A stretch of 64,000 nt of DNA from Candidatus Peribacteria bacterium (GCA_041691135.1 JBEPVF010000006.1:1-64000), one strand, 5' to 3'; counted from the stretch's first letter, positions 21,306-31,566 are shown. The notes: generated by a model from the sequence alone, not told the origin. Numbers and translations are program-made.

Positions 21306-22682
21306 TTGCAAGCTCAACAAGCCGTCTCCGATCTGAAGCAACTTGCCTCCGATGTTCTTGCCAAGGCGCTCAAGGCTGGCGCGACCGATGCCGAAGCCGT
21401 CGTCTATGAGGGCGATGAGTTTTCGGCGCTGGTGCGGCTGGGGCAGGTGGAGACGTTGAAGGAGTCGGGCTCGCGGGCTATTGGCTTGCGCGTGTTCGTC
21501 GGTCAGAGGACGGCGAGCACGTCTTCGTCGGATTTTTCTGCGGAGTCCATTGCGCGGCTGGTTGAGGGTGCGATTACTTTGGCGAAGATTACCAGTGAAG
21601 ATCCCTTCGCTGGTTTGCCCGAGGCGCATGAGTTCGGCAAGATCGAAGAAGATCAGCATCTCTATTTTGAAGATGTGAACGAGATGCCTCCAGCGGAGCG
21701 GATCGAGACGGCGCGCAGAGTTGAAGCGGCGGCGATGGGCTACGACACCCGCATTCAGAACTCGGGCGGCGGCGACTTCGATACGGCGACCTCGCATAAG
21801 ATTCTGGTTAATTCGCGCGGGTTCGTTGGCGAATATCGGCGGTCGTACTGCGGCTTTTCGGCGATGCCGATTGCGGTGGACGAGAAGGGGATGCAGCGCA
21901 ACTACTGGTACTCGGCTGCGCGGACGACGCGCAAGCTGGAGTCGCCGGAGGAGATTGGCCACGAGGCGGCGCGGCGGACGCTGGCGCGGCTGGGAGCGCG
22001 ACAGGTGAAGACGCAGAAGGCTCCGGTGGTGTTTTCGCCAGAGATTGCGCGGTCGATTATTGGCAACATCTTCGAGGCGGCGAATGGCGATTCGATCTAT
22101 CGCAATGCCAGCTTCTTTTCGGAGCAGCTTGGGCAGCAGGTGGCGGGAGAAAACATCACCGTCGTCGATGACGGGACGATGATCTTTGACGGCATCGGCG
22201 GGTTCGGGACTTCTCCTTTTGATGGCGAGGGTCTGCCTACGCGGCGAACGGTTCTGGTCGAGAACGGCATTCTGAAGAACTATGTTTTGAATACCTACAC
22301 CGCGAAGAAGCTGGGCATGAAGTCGACCGGCAATGCTTCGCGTGGGCTGGCGGGGAATCCGGGGATCGGGGCGGGGAACTTTTATCTTGAGCCGGGGATG
22401 CTTACTCCGCAGCAGTTGATCGGCGATGTGAAGAGTGGGCTTTATGTCACCGAGACGATGGGCTTTGGCGTGAACCTTGTGACCGGCGATTATTCGCAGG
22501 GGGCTAGCGGCATGTGGATCGAGAATGGCGAGCTGGCTTATCCGGTTGAGGAGATCACCATTGCGGGAAATCTGAAGGACATGTACAAGAACATTGTTGC
22601 GATTGGAAATGATCTTGTTTTTCGTGGGTCGAGTGCTGCGCCTACGATTCGGGTTGAGGGGATGATGATCGCCGGGGCTTGA
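21306..22682 (+). CDS. pmbA: TldE/PmbA metalloprotease subunit
   Basis: PFDGEG, STGNASRG, GVNLVTGDYSQG and ITIAGNL; TTG start with SD AAGGA. Confidence 0.93.
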   Translation: MQAQQAVSDLKQLASDVLAKALKAGATDAEAVVYEGDEFSALVRLGQVETLKESGSRAIGLRVFVGQRTASTSSSDFSAESIARLVEGAITLAKITSEDPFAGLPEAHEFGKIEEDQHLYFEDVNEMPPAERIETARRVEAAAMGYDTRIQNSGGGDFDTATSHKILVNSRGFVGEYRRSYCGFSAMPIAVDEKGMQRNYWYSAARTTRKLESPEEIGHEAARRTLARLGARQVKTQKAPVVFSPEIARSIIGNIFEAANGDSIYRNASFFSEQLGQQVAGENITVVDDGTMIFDGIGGFGTSPFDGEGLPTRRTVLVENGILKNYVLNTYTAKKLGMKSTGNASRGLAGNPGIGAGNFYLEPGMLTPQQLIGDVKSGLYVTETMGFGVNLVTGDYSQGASGMWIENGELAYPVEEITIAGNLKDMYKNIVAIGNDLVFRGSSAAPTIRVEGMMIAGA

Positions 22683-22754
22683 GCTTTCGACGCCTAACAG
22701 CGATTTCTCCTGATGGTATGTCTTTGCGGTCAGGGTGACGTAGAAACTATAGAG

Positions 22755-22925
22755 CGGGCTTTCAGCCCTTGATGCTATACCGGAACATTTCCTGGGGCGA
22801 TGCCCCAGGCTGGTATGGAGCGGGCCTTCGGCCCTTTCGATGCGATGTCCCACGCTGATATAGAGCCCCCTTCGGTTCTTTGGGGCCGCGCCCGAGGCTG
22901 GTCTGGATAGGGCCTTCGGGCCTTT
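22755..22925 (-). repeat. Palindromic repeat family B (one full copy plus degenerate units)
   Basis: CGGGCTTTCAGCCCT...CCTGGGGCGATGCCCCAGGCTGGTAT. Confidence 0.78.
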
Positions 22926-23023
22926 GATTTGTGGCCCTTTGATCTTTGACCTTTGATCTGCGAATGGAATGAGAGAGTCGCAACGATAGCGCAGAGTAGA
23001 AGAGAAGAAACTACAATCCGGGT

Positions 23024-24331
23024 GTGGGATTGAGTTTTCATTTCGAACAGGTTGTTGACTTTGTGCCGGAGCGGGCAGAGGAGATTTTGCGCGCGGTGCC
23101 TGCGCTGCCGGGCGTGTTTGCGCTGTGCGGTGCGCGCGAGGGCGATGAGCCTTATCTGACGCGCACGGCCGATCTGCGGCGGAGGATGAGGCGGCTGCTC
23201 GATCCGCCGGAGTCGCAGTCGAAGCGGCTGAATCTGCGCGACAAGGTGGCGCGGATTGAGTATTGCGTCACGGGGTCGGACTTTGAGTCGTCGCTGGTGC
23301 TGTATGACGCGGCGGTGGCGCTGTTTGGGTATGCCGAGGCGCGGCGCAGGCTGAAGTTGCACACTCCTTATTTTTTGCGGTTGACGATGGAGAATGCGCA
23401 TCCGCGGGTGTACTCGACTAACCGGCTGTCGAAGCGCGGGCTGCGGGAGATGTATGGGCCGTTTCCTTCGCGGGCGGTTGCGGAGCGATACTGCGATGCG
23501 GTGCTCGATCTGTTTAAATTGCGGCGGTGCTGGGAGGATCTGGAGCCTTATCCGGAGCATCCCGGCTGCGTGTATGGGGAGATGAAGAAGTGCATGGAGC
23601 CGTGCAAGCAGGCCTGCACGCCGGAGGAGTATGCGGCGGAGGCGCAAGCGGTGAAGGCGTTCTTCGACACGCGCGGCGAGAGCAGGCTGGCGGCGATCGA
23701 GCAGGAGCGCGAGCAGGCTTCGGCGGCGATGGAGTTTGAGCAGGCGGCGGCGCTGCATGTTCAGTGGCAGAAGGTGAAGGCCGCGGCGGCGCTGGCGGAT
23801 GAGATGGTGAGGCCGGTTGCGAAGCTGCGGGCGGTGATGGTTCAGGCGGCTGCGGTGGAGAAGGAACTGCCGGAGCAGGCGGTATTGTTTCTGCTGGAGG
23901 GTGGATGTCTGGCCGGGCCGGAGCGGCTTTCGACGCTGGGGGTGAGGGCGGTGAAGGAGCAGACTAGTGTGGGCAGCTCGCTGTTTGCGCAGCCGCTGAT
24001 GTTGCAGCCGGTTCCGCTGGAGGGAGAGGCGGTGACGGATTCTCCTGAGGTGCGGGCGGCAGGGGTGCTGGCAGCGCTTGAGGCGAAGGTGGGGAAGGCT
24101 AAAGACCTGGCGCTGCTGAGCGATCATCTTTCGCTTTTCAAACGATGGTATTACAGGCCGGAGAAGCAGCGGGTGGGAGAGGTCTTTTTGCCGAACGCGG
24201 ATGGAGGGTGGCCGGTGCGGCGGATTCTGCGGGGTGCGGCGCGAGCGGCGCTGGGCGAGCCGAAGAAGATGGCTGAGACGCAGCGGGAGGCGGCGAAGGG
24301 GGCCAAGGTGAAGATTCTGCATGAGGGGTAG
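23024..24331 (+). CDS. UvrC/Cho-like protein (degenerate GIY-YIG, Cys cluster, UVR motif)
   Basis: PALPGVF...PYL...LRRRM; YGPFPS; LFKLRRC...C...KCMEPC; MEFEQAA; no recognisable RNase H or HhH C-terminus. Confidence 0.8.
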   Translation: MGLSFHFEQVVDFVPERAEEILRAVPALPGVFALCGAREGDEPYLTRTADLRRRMRRLLDPPESQSKRLNLRDKVARIEYCVTGSDFESSLVLYDAAVALFGYAEARRRLKLHTPYFLRLTMENAHPRVYSTNRLSKRGLREMYGPFPSRAVAERYCDAVLDLFKLRRCWEDLEPYPEHPGCVYGEMKKCMEPCKQACTPEEYAAEAQAVKAFFDTRGESRLAAIEQEREQASAAMEFEQAAALHVQWQKVKAAAALADEMVRPVAKLRAVMVQAAAVEKELPEQAVLFLLEGGCLAGPERLSTLGVRAVKEQTSVGSSLFAQPLMLQPVPLEGEAVTDSPEVRAAGVLAALEAKVGKAKDLALLSDHLSLFKRWYYRPEKQRVGEVFLPNADGGWPVRRILRGAARAALGEPKKMAETQREAAKGAKVKILHEG

Positions 24332-24410
24332 GGAAGGGGTGGAGCGGGTGGTGGTGGAGAAACGGTTGCCGGAGTAGGTTGGGGAAGGTGGTTTCCGACA
24401 TGGAGAAAGG

Positions 24411-24646
24411 CGAAATACAGGGGTCTCTCCACTTCGCTTCGCTTCGGTCGAGATGACGTGCTTTTGTGCGGCGAGCTTGGACCTCCTGGCTTTGGCCGAG
24501 ATGACGTGCTTTTGTGGAGTGGGCTTGGACCTCCTGGCTTTGGCCGAGATGATGTGCTTTTGTGGGGCGGTCTTGGACCTCTTGGCTTTGGTCGAGATGA
24601 CGTGGTTTGGTGCGGCTGGCCTGCGGTTTTAGTCGAGAAGACGTGC
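24411..24646 (-). repeat. REP family A copy with 48-bp tandem array
   Basis: CGAAATACAGGGGTCTCTCCAC...GGTCGAGATGACG followed by ~48-bp units that each contain CGAGATGA(C/T)GTG. Confidence 0.9.
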
Positions 24647-24723
24647 ATTTTGGGCCTGCGGATTTGGGAGAGGACGGACGATGGGTGCACTGAGATAAAC
24701 TTGCTGGCAGGAGTGACTTTCAC

Positions 24724-25398
24724 TTGATTGAATTGGCATTTTCGATACTGGCGTCTGACTTTGCGCACCTGGCCGATGATGTGGCAGCGGCGGAGCGGGG
24801 TGGCGGGACCATCGTCCATGTGGATGTGATGGATGGGCATTTCGTGCCGAATATTTCCTTTGGGCCGCCGATGGTCAAGGCACTGCGGCCGGTGACGAAC
24901 CTGCCGCTGGACTGCCATCTGATGGTCGAGAATCCTGACGCGTTCATTCCGGCGTTTGCCGAGGCGGGCGCGGACATGGTGAGCGTGCAGCAGGAGGTTT
25001 GCCGGCATCTGCACCGGACGCTGCAACTGATCGAGCAGTATGGGATGAAGCCGGGAGTGGTGCTCAATCCGGCGACGCCTGTGGATACGCTGATCGAAGT
25101 GCTGCCGATGGTGCACTATGTGCTGGTGATGAGCGTGAATCCGGGGTTTGGCGGGCAGAAGTTTCTGCCGCTGGCGCTCGAAAAGATCGCTTATCTGGCT
25201 GAGCTGCGCAAACAGATGGGGCTGGATTTCCGCATCGAGGTGGATGGCGGCGTCGCTCACGATACAGTGGCCCGCGTGGTCGAAGCCGGAGCGGATATGC
25301 TGGTGGCCGGCTCGGCCATCTTCAGCCCGAAGAAGACGGAGCAGAATGCGCGGAAGTTTTTGAAGGTTGCCCGTGCTGCTGCGCCTGACGAGGATTGA
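24724..25398 (+). CDS. rpe: Ribulose-phosphate 3-epimerase
   Basis: HVDVMDGHFVPN, DCHLM, MSVNPGFGGQ and EVDGG. Confidence 0.96.
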   Translation: MIELAFSILASDFAHLADDVAAAERGGGTIVHVDVMDGHFVPNISFGPPMVKALRPVTNLPLDCHLMVENPDAFIPAFAEAGADMVSVQQEVCRHLHRTLQLIEQYGMKPGVVLNPATPVDTLIEVLPMVHYVLVMSVNPGFGGQKFLPLALEKIAYLAELRKQMGLDFRIEVDGGVAHDTVARVVEAGADMLVAGSAIFSPKKTEQNARKFLKVARAAAPDED

Positions 25399-25454
25399 GC
25401 CTGTTTGAAATTGGATTTGGACTTTGGTTTTAGGGCAGGGGCAGGAATAAAAAG

Positions 25455-25600
25455 CGAAATACAGGGGTCTCTCCGCTACGGCGGCAAAAGCGCCGCCTTC
25501 GGTCGAGATGACGTGGATTGGAGGCTGGTCGAGAGGACGTGCTCTGTTTGCAACTTCGGTCAAGATTACGTTTTTTGAGGATGGTCGAGAGGACGTGCTG
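25455..25600 (-). repeat. REP family A copy with degenerate partials
   Basis: Core 25455-25513. Confidence 0.88.
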
Positions 25601-25764
25601 TTTTGCTGCTTCGGAGTGAGAGGAAGTAAGTTGACTGCCTGCACTCGAGGGAATGTTTTTTGGGTGGAGTTGTTGGACGGGTGCTAAGACAAGGCTGACA
25701 GGAAAGGCTAGAATAGAACGCAGCCTGTGCGCCGATGCGCGAGGCTTATGGGGTAGACCGCAGG

Positions 25765-27495
25765 ATGAGTGAGCGTTCCTTTTTTCCAAGTTTGAAGGCC
25801 AGTGCGCTGGCTGGGGTGGCGGTAGCGGTATTGCTGACGTCTTCAATGGTTGCAGGGGCACAGGTGACGGGTTCGTCGCAGACGACGACTGACGCCAACG
25901 GACAGCAGCAGGAGAGCGTGACGCTGTCGGCCTCGGGGAGCAAGAAGCACAAGGAAAAGAAGGAAAAGGTCGTCGAGTCCAAGGACACGAAGAAGCAGAT
26001 CCGCAAGCAGAAGGCGCTGACTCCGATCGCAGAGCAGGATGCGAAACTGCCCGATAAGGAGCTGTACGACAAGGCTGTGGTCGCGACCAAGAAGGGGCAC
26101 TTCGACGTCGCCCGTTTGGACCTGCAGACGCTGCTCAATACCTATCCCGACTCGCAGTTCCAGATGCGGGCGAAGCTGGCGATTGCCGATAGCTGGTACA
26201 AAGAGGGCGGTACGGCGGCGTTGATGCAGGCCGAGAGCGAGTACAAGGACTTCATCACCTTCTTCCCGAACGCTCCTGAAGCGGCCGAGGCGCAGATGCG
26301 CGTGGGTGATATTTATTTTCGGCAGATGGACAAGCCGGACCGCGACTATAGCAAGGCCACCCATGCCGAGGAAGAGTACCGGCTGATGCTGCAGCAGTTC
26401 CCGGAGTCGGCACTGGTGCCGCAGGCCAGGCAGCGGCTGCGCGAGGTGCAGGAGGTGATGGCGCAGCGCGAGGCGGAGATTGGCGACTTTTATGCCTCCC
26501 GTGCGGCGTGGCCAGCGACGATTGCGCGCTATCAGACGGTGGTCGACACCTACCCCGAGTACAGCCACATGGACGATGTGCTAGTGGGACTGGGAGATGC
26601 TTACGAGGCGGAGGCGAACTACGTCCGCTCGATTCGGCTGCCGGAGGCCGCGAAGGCCCGGCTGGAACATATCTATGATGACCAGGCTGCCGAAGCCTAC
26701 CGCAAGGTAGTGCTCGATCACTCGGCTTCGCCGCACGTAGAAGATGCGCGCGACCGGCTGGCGGCGATGAACCTTCCGATTCCGACGCCGAGTGCGACGC
26801 AGGTGGCGGCGAGCGAGGCGCTCGAGAACAGCCGCTCCGGGTACAACCTGAAGCAGCGGGCCAGGCTGCTGGTGATGCACACGCCGGATACGGTGATGGC
26901 GGCCCATATCGGCGAACCGTCGTTGAACGATCCGAAGGCGACGCTGGCTCCGGATATCACGCGGAAGATTATTACGGACTTCAATACCTCAATGCATCCG
27001 GAGACGGCGACGGCGGCTACGGCGGCCAAGTCTGCTTCGGCAGGGACGGCTGAGGCTGCACCGGCGGATGCGGCTGCGACCCCGTCAGCTACGTCAGCTC
27101 CGTTGGCGTTCCACGAAGTTCCTACAGCTGCATCGGGTGCCAACAGCGGCTCTGCGGTGGAGACGAGCGTTCCGGGAGCGACCAGCAATACGTCGTCGGG
27201 AGCGGCTACGAATTCGTTGGGCATCGAGATCGTTTCGCCTTCTTCGTCTCCGAAGTCGAGCGGCGCGGATGGTGGCCTGAAGGCAGTCGGACCGACCAAC
27301 AATACCCCTCTGCCTGCGGTCGAGAAGGCTGGGGATGCACCGGATGCGGTCAATACGATCCAGCCGGGAACGCAGGCCGCAGCCCAGACTCCGAACCCCA
27401 AGGGCAAGAAGACCAAGCCCGCGTTCGACAAGTCGGATGAGTCGTCGAGCAAGCATAAGAAGAAGAAGGGGCTGGATAAGCTCAATCCTTTCTAG
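25765..27495 (+). CDS. bamD: Outer membrane protein assembly factor BamD with long low-complexity C-terminal tail
   Basis: TPR helices LLNTYPDS, FFPNAP, DRDYS and YQTVVDTYP; Ala/Ser/Pro-rich tail. Confidence 0.85.
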   Translation: MSERSFFPSLKASALAGVAVAVLLTSSMVAGAQVTGSSQTTTDANGQQQESVTLSASGSKKHKEKKEKVVESKDTKKQIRKQKALTPIAEQDAKLPDKELYDKAVVATKKGHFDVARLDLQTLLNTYPDSQFQMRAKLAIADSWYKEGGTAALMQAESEYKDFITFFPNAPEAAEAQMRVGDIYFRQMDKPDRDYSKATHAEEEYRLMLQQFPESALVPQARQRLREVQEVMAQREAEIGDFYASRAAWPATIARYQTVVDTYPEYSHMDDVLVGLGDAYEAEANYVRSIRLPEAAKARLEHIYDDQAAEAYRKVVLDHSASPHVEDARDRLAAMNLPIPTPSATQVAASEALENSRSGYNLKQRARLLVMHTPDTVMAAHIGEPSLNDPKATLAPDITRKIITDFNTSMHPETATAATAAKSASAGTAEAAPADAAATPSATSAPLAFHEVPTAASGANSGSAVETSVPGATSNTSSGAATNSLGIEIVSPSSSPKSSGADGGLKAVGPTNNTPLPAVEKAGDAPDAVNTIQPGTQAAAQTPNPKGKKTKPAFDKSDESSSKHKKKKGLDKLNPF

Positions 27496-27519
27496 AGATT
27501 AGCGATAACCCGCTCGCGG

Positions 27520-27548
27520 AAAGCCCTGGAGATCTCCGGGGCTTTTTT
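27520..27548 (+). terminator. Rho-independent terminator after bamD
   Basis: AAAGCCCTGGAG-AT-CTCCGGGGCTTTTTT hairpin with T tract. Confidence 0.75.
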
Positions 27549-27563
27549 GCGAGAGGGAGACTC

Positions 27564-27613
27564 TTGACAGGCTTGGTTGCGGCATGTACGTTGGCTGCAA
27601 CGTAACCGCTTAC
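27564..27613 (+). promoter_or_regulatory. Promoter with LacI-type operator, upstream of the transporter-lacI genes
   Basis: TTGACA-N17-TACGTT followed by GTAACCGCTTAC (27602-27613). Confidence 0.6.
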
Positions 27614-27695
27614 TTATTGGTGAGTTTGAGGTGTGGAGCGCTCTGGAAGGGCAGCGGCAGTTTGGGTTTGGAGAAAGAACAGGCAACGGCAACTG

Positions 27696-27835
27696 CGAAA
27701 TACAGGGGTCTCTCCACTTCGCTTCGCTCCGGTCGAGATGACGTGCTGTTTTGCTGATCCGGGCTGGATGACTTGCTGTTTTGTTGGTTCGGTCGAGATG
27801 ACTTGCTGTCTTGCTGGTAGGGCCTGGATGACGTT
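27696..27835 (-). repeat. REP family A copy with 30-bp tandem units
   Basis: Core 27696-27743; GATGAC recurs every 30 bp. Confidence 0.88.
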
Positions 27836-28037
27836 TCTATAGAGTTGCGATCGTGGTTTTGAGTTAAGCAGGTTGGAGGGTGGAGGGTTTGCGATGGATT
27901 TTTGGCGTGGCGTGAGGACGATTGTGACTGACAGCCACTTTCTGGTACCTTTTTTTGTGCTGATCGCCGGGATCGCCCTGTTGGTGGTGCTGCACTAGGG
28001 GGTGAGTTTGCTCGGGGTTGGTTGGCTGCAGTCAAGG

Positions 28038-28140
28038 CGAAATACAGGGGTCTCTCCACTGCGCTTCGCTCCGGTCGAGATGACGTGTTTATTGCTGCTT
28101 CGAGAGATGACGTACTTTATTGCTGCTTCGATCGAGATGG
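28038..28140 (-). repeat. REP family A copy with partials
   Basis: Core 28038-28085. Confidence 0.88.
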
Positions 28141-28177
28141 CTGGTGATGTTTCTGAATGGATGATGTTGGATAGAAC

Positions 28178-29479
28178 GTGGAGACGTGTGTGGGAAGTGC
28201 GGTAACCAAGGTGCAAAAAAACGGGATGTCGCTGCATGGCCTGGGCGTCGTCTGCGGGTTGACGGCGGGAGTGTGGCTGGGCGCGGCGGAGGCTCCGACG
28301 AAGCTGGTGAATGCGGGCTTCTCTCCGTTTGCGATCTCGCTGTGCATGGTGGCGGGGGTGTTTACGGCGCGGTGGACGTTTCCGACGCTGCTGAAAGGGA
28401 CGAGCTATGTCTTCGCCGACCTGTTCGATAAGAAGCACCTGATCGTGTGGGCGCTGCTGGCTGGGGCGCTGTGGGCGGTGGCCAATACGCTGACCGTGTT
28501 TGCGATTCGCGATGTGGGGCTGGCGGTGGCGTTTCCGCTGTGGAATACGAACTCGCTGATCGGGCTTTTGTGGGGGCGGCTGCTGTTTCGCGAACTCGAA
28601 GGAGCCAGCGGGAAGAACATCGGCAAGGTGGTTTTGGGGACCGCGGCCATTGTGGCTGCAGCGGTGATGCTGGGCTTCAGCACGCTACATGGTGGGACGG
28701 CTACGGGCCATAACGCGGTAGGCGGGATACTGGCTGCGGCTGGCGCGAGTTTGATGTGGGGGACGATGTATGTTCCTTACCGGAAGGCTTATCTGAGCGG
28801 GATGAATCCGCTGTCGTTTGTGACTGCGTTTACGGTGGGGGAATTGAGTACGGTGTTTGGGCTGACGCTGGCGCTCGATGGCGGGCTGCACTCTCCCTCG
28901 TTCCAGTTGTTTCATCTGCGCGGCATGGTGTTCTGGCTGTTTCTGGGCGGGTTTGTTTGGGTGATCGGCGACCTGTTTCAGCAGTTCGCCACGAAGTATG
29001 TCGGGATTGGCAGGGGGATTCCGCTGTCGAATACGAACCAGCTTTGGGGGCTGGCGTGGGGCGCGCTGGTGTTTGGGGAGCTGGCGGCGGCGGACCATCG
29101 GCATAAGGTGCTGGTGGTGACGGGATCGTTGGTGATGATTCTGGGCGCGCTGGCGATCAGCACGGCGGTGGCTTCGGCGAAGGAGCAGACGTCGACCAAC
29201 GAGGCGGTGCTGCGGGAGTGTGAGCGCTATGGGCTGGACTATAACCGGACGATGATGGCGATGGCCGGCGACGAGTTCAATACGCGCAACGAGAAGCGGC
29301 GCTGGTGGGACTATCTGATTATTGCAGCGGCTACCGGCGTGTTTATCTGGCTTGGCGTGCGGGCGGTGGTGCCTCCGCTGGCGATGAATGTTCGCTGGAT
29401 CGCTGCGCTGGGCGCGGTGTTGCTGCTGAGCCTGATTGCAGGGACCTGGAGCTTGTGGAAGAGGACTCGGTTTTCGTAG
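28178..29479 (+). CDS. GRP/DMT-family sugar transporter
   Basis: Many TM helices in two DMT-like repeats (GLAVAFPL / GIGRGIPL); start uncertain (28178-28226). Confidence 0.8.
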   Translation: METCVGSAVTKVQKNGMSLHGLGVVCGLTAGVWLGAAEAPTKLVNAGFSPFAISLCMVAGVFTARWTFPTLLKGTSYVFADLFDKKHLIVWALLAGALWAVANTLTVFAIRDVGLAVAFPLWNTNSLIGLLWGRLLFRELEGASGKNIGKVVLGTAAIVAAAVMLGFSTLHGGTATGHNAVGGILAAAGASLMWGTMYVPYRKAYLSGMNPLSFVTAFTVGELSTVFGLTLALDGGLHSPSFQLFHLRGMVFWLFLGGFVWVIGDLFQQFATKYVGIGRGIPLSNTNQLWGLAWGALVFGELAAADHRHKVLVVTGSLVMILGALAISTAVASAKEQTSTNEAVLRECERYGLDYNRTMMAMAGDEFNTRNEKRRWWDYLIIAAATGVFIWLGVRAVVPPLAMNVRWIAALGAVLLLSLIAGTWSLWKRTRFS

Positions 29480-29508
29480 GGCTTTGGGGCTGACGAGGAG
29501 AAGGCATA

Positions 29509-29575
29509 CCCCCAGGGGCTAAAGCCCTTTCTGTTTAATTATTTAGAAGGCCAAGGCTGAAGCCTTGGCGTACCT
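29509..29575 (+). repeat. Palindromic repeat family C
   Basis: CCCCAGGGGCTAAAGCCC...GGCCAAGGCTGAAGCCTTGGC. Confidence 0.7.
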
Positions 29576-29604
29576 AGAGGCCAGAGCAAATGCAAGGGCA
29601 ACGA

Positions 29605-29822
29605 CGAAATACAGGGGTCTCTCCGCTGCGGCCTGCGGCCTTCGGTCGAGATGACGTTGGTTGATTGGCCGACAAGCGAGGTGACGTTGGTTGGTGGATG
29701 GCCTGCGGTCGAGATGACGTGGGTTGGTCGATGGCAGACGAGCGAGATGACGTGGGTTGGTCGATGGGCCGATGGTCGAGATGATGTGGGTTGGTTGATT
29801 GGCCGACAGGCGAGATGATGTA
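29605..29822 (-). repeat. REP family A copy with ~30-35-bp tandem units
   Basis: Core 29605-29656; CGAG(A/G)TGA(C/T)GT repeated five more times. Confidence 0.88.
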
Positions 29823-29863
29823 GGTTGGTATGCTTCAGATGTGGAGAAGTTTCAGGAGCGGAC

Positions 29864-30886
29864 ATGGCTGTAAGGCTGAAAGATATTGCGCGTGATTTGG
29901 GAGTATCTGTCGTCACTGTGTCGAAGGTGTTGCGGGGTAATGCCGATATTGGAGAAGAGACCCGGCGGCGCGTGCTGAAGCGCATGAAAGAGCTGAACTA
30001 TCAGCCCAACATGATGGCGCGGGGACTTGCCAGCGGGCGTACCTATACCGTGGGACTGGTGGTTCCGGACCTGGTGCATCCGTTCTTTGCCGAGTTTGCC
30101 AAGTCACTGAGCGGTGTTTTGCGGACGAGCAAGCGGGCGCTGATTCTGGCTTCGTCGGAGGAAGACCCGGAGATTGAGCAGCAGGAGATACGGACGCTGC
30201 TGAGCCGGGGGATTGACGTTCTGCTGATCGCGTCGTGCCAGGCTAGCCTGCGCAACTTCTATGAGCTGGGCGATGTGCGGACTCCGTACCTGCTGTTTGA
30301 CCGCAACTTTGCTCATCTGGCCGCGCACTTTGTGGGCACCGACGATGTGAAAGTCGGGGAGATGGCGACCCGGCATTTGATCGAGATTGGACGGAAGCGT
30401 ATCGCCCATATCGGCGGGAAGAACACCAGCCCTTCGTTTGATCGTTTACGTGGATACAGGAGCGCGATGGCGGAGCATCGGCTGATTGTGCCCGAAAGCT
30501 ATGTGCTGGTGCGGGACCGGGTGGAAGAGACGGGCGATACCGCCGGGTTTCAGGCCATGCAGGAACTTCTGCGGCTGGACCCTCGGCCGGATGCGGTTTT
30601 TTGCTACAACGATTTGACCGCCATCGGAGCGATGGAAGCGACGCTGCAGGCGGGTTTGCGGGTGCCTGAGGACATTGCGTTCATCGGCTGCGGAAACCTG
30701 CGCTATGCGGATTATCTGCGGGTTCCGCTGAGCTCGATCGACCATGGGACGACTGAGCTGGGGCGGATTGCGGGCGAGTTTGCGCTGGACCTTTCGGCGA
30801 AGCCGGAGCAGACTCCGCGGAGTGTGCTGTTGGAGTCGACGCTGGTGGTGCGGGAGTCTACGGTGAAGGGGGCGGGCCGGAGATGA
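29864..30886 (+). CDS. LacI family transcriptional regulator
   Basis: LKDIARDLGVSVVTVSKVL HTH; YQPN; CYNDLTA; SD AGGAG. Confidence 0.95.
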   Translation: MAVRLKDIARDLGVSVVTVSKVLRGNADIGEETRRRVLKRMKELNYQPNMMARGLASGRTYTVGLVVPDLVHPFFAEFAKSLSGVLRTSKRALILASSEEDPEIEQQEIRTLLSRGIDVLLIASCQASLRNFYELGDVRTPYLLFDRNFAHLAAHFVGTDDVKVGEMATRHLIEIGRKRIAHIGGKNTSPSFDRLRGYRSAMAEHRLIVPESYVLVRDRVEETGDTAGFQAMQELLRLDPRPDAVFCYNDLTAIGAMEATLQAGLRVPEDIAFIGCGNLRYADYLRVPLSSIDHGTTELGRIAGEFALDLSAKPEQTPRSVLLESTLVVRESTVKGAGRR

Positions 30887-30927
30887 TCTTCGGCCACTCT
30901 GTATCTGTGAGATAACGGCATAACGGA

Positions 30928-31464
30928 TTATTTGACGCCGTTCGCAGGGTTCCACGAGCCTTGTTCTTTGCGGACGTAGATGATCTGACCGATGTGATAA
31001 GCATTGTGCGTGCTGATATTGGCGATGGTCGGCGCCCAGGCTTCGAGCTTCTTCTCGTCGGCGGATTCGACGGCCTTCTCCCATTCGGTAAGGACCTTGT
31101 CTAATTGCTGAACGGTAGCTGCCCACTGCTTGTCGTCGAAGGCGTTGAAGGTCTCGTCGTTATTGCCGCTGAACTTCGCCAGCGGCTTGCCTTCGAACTT
31201 CTCCAGATTGCGCGTGTCCCAGAAGATGAGATGGTTTGCCAACTGTCCGACGGAGTGGTTTCCCTTACTGTCGGTCCATTTTGCCTGCTCCGCAGTCAGG
31301 CCGGCTACGGCTACGTTTGCGGGGACAAACCATTCTTCCTTGTTGTGGGTGGTTTGAAGTTGATGAAGAAGGATGCTTCTGAGGGTGGGCGCAGTCTTTG
31401 TGGGAGCCTGTGCCGATGCCTGAAACGGTAACGAGAATAGAAGAAGGAAGAGAATCGGCTTCAT
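30928..31464 (-). CDS. Secreted DinB-family protein
   Basis: Signal peptide; HSVGQLANHL and HNAYHIGQI. Confidence 0.82.
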   Translation of the reverse strand: MKPILFLLLFSLPFQASAQAPTKTAPTLRSILLHQLQTTHNKEEWFVPANVAVAGLTAEQAKWTDSKGNHSVGQLANHLIFWDTRNLEKFEGKPLAKFSGNNDETFNAFDDKQWAATVQQLDKVLTEWEKAVESADEKKLEAWAPTIANISTHNAYHIGQIIYVRKEQGSWNPANGVK

Positions 31465-31566
31465 AGTGTGAGCCTTCACGGTTCTGTGGAAATCATTCTG
31501 AAAATCCTTCAAAGTTTACTAAAGAAACCGATTTTGGGTGGGGAGAAGAAAATCTAATCATCCCGC

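Noticed and set aside
24447-24646. CRISPR-like repeat-spacer appearance (also 27731-27835 and 29645-29822)
   Set aside because: The 'spacers' resemble each other within an array, the repeats are short REP ends, and there are no cas genes or leader; these are tandem duplications.
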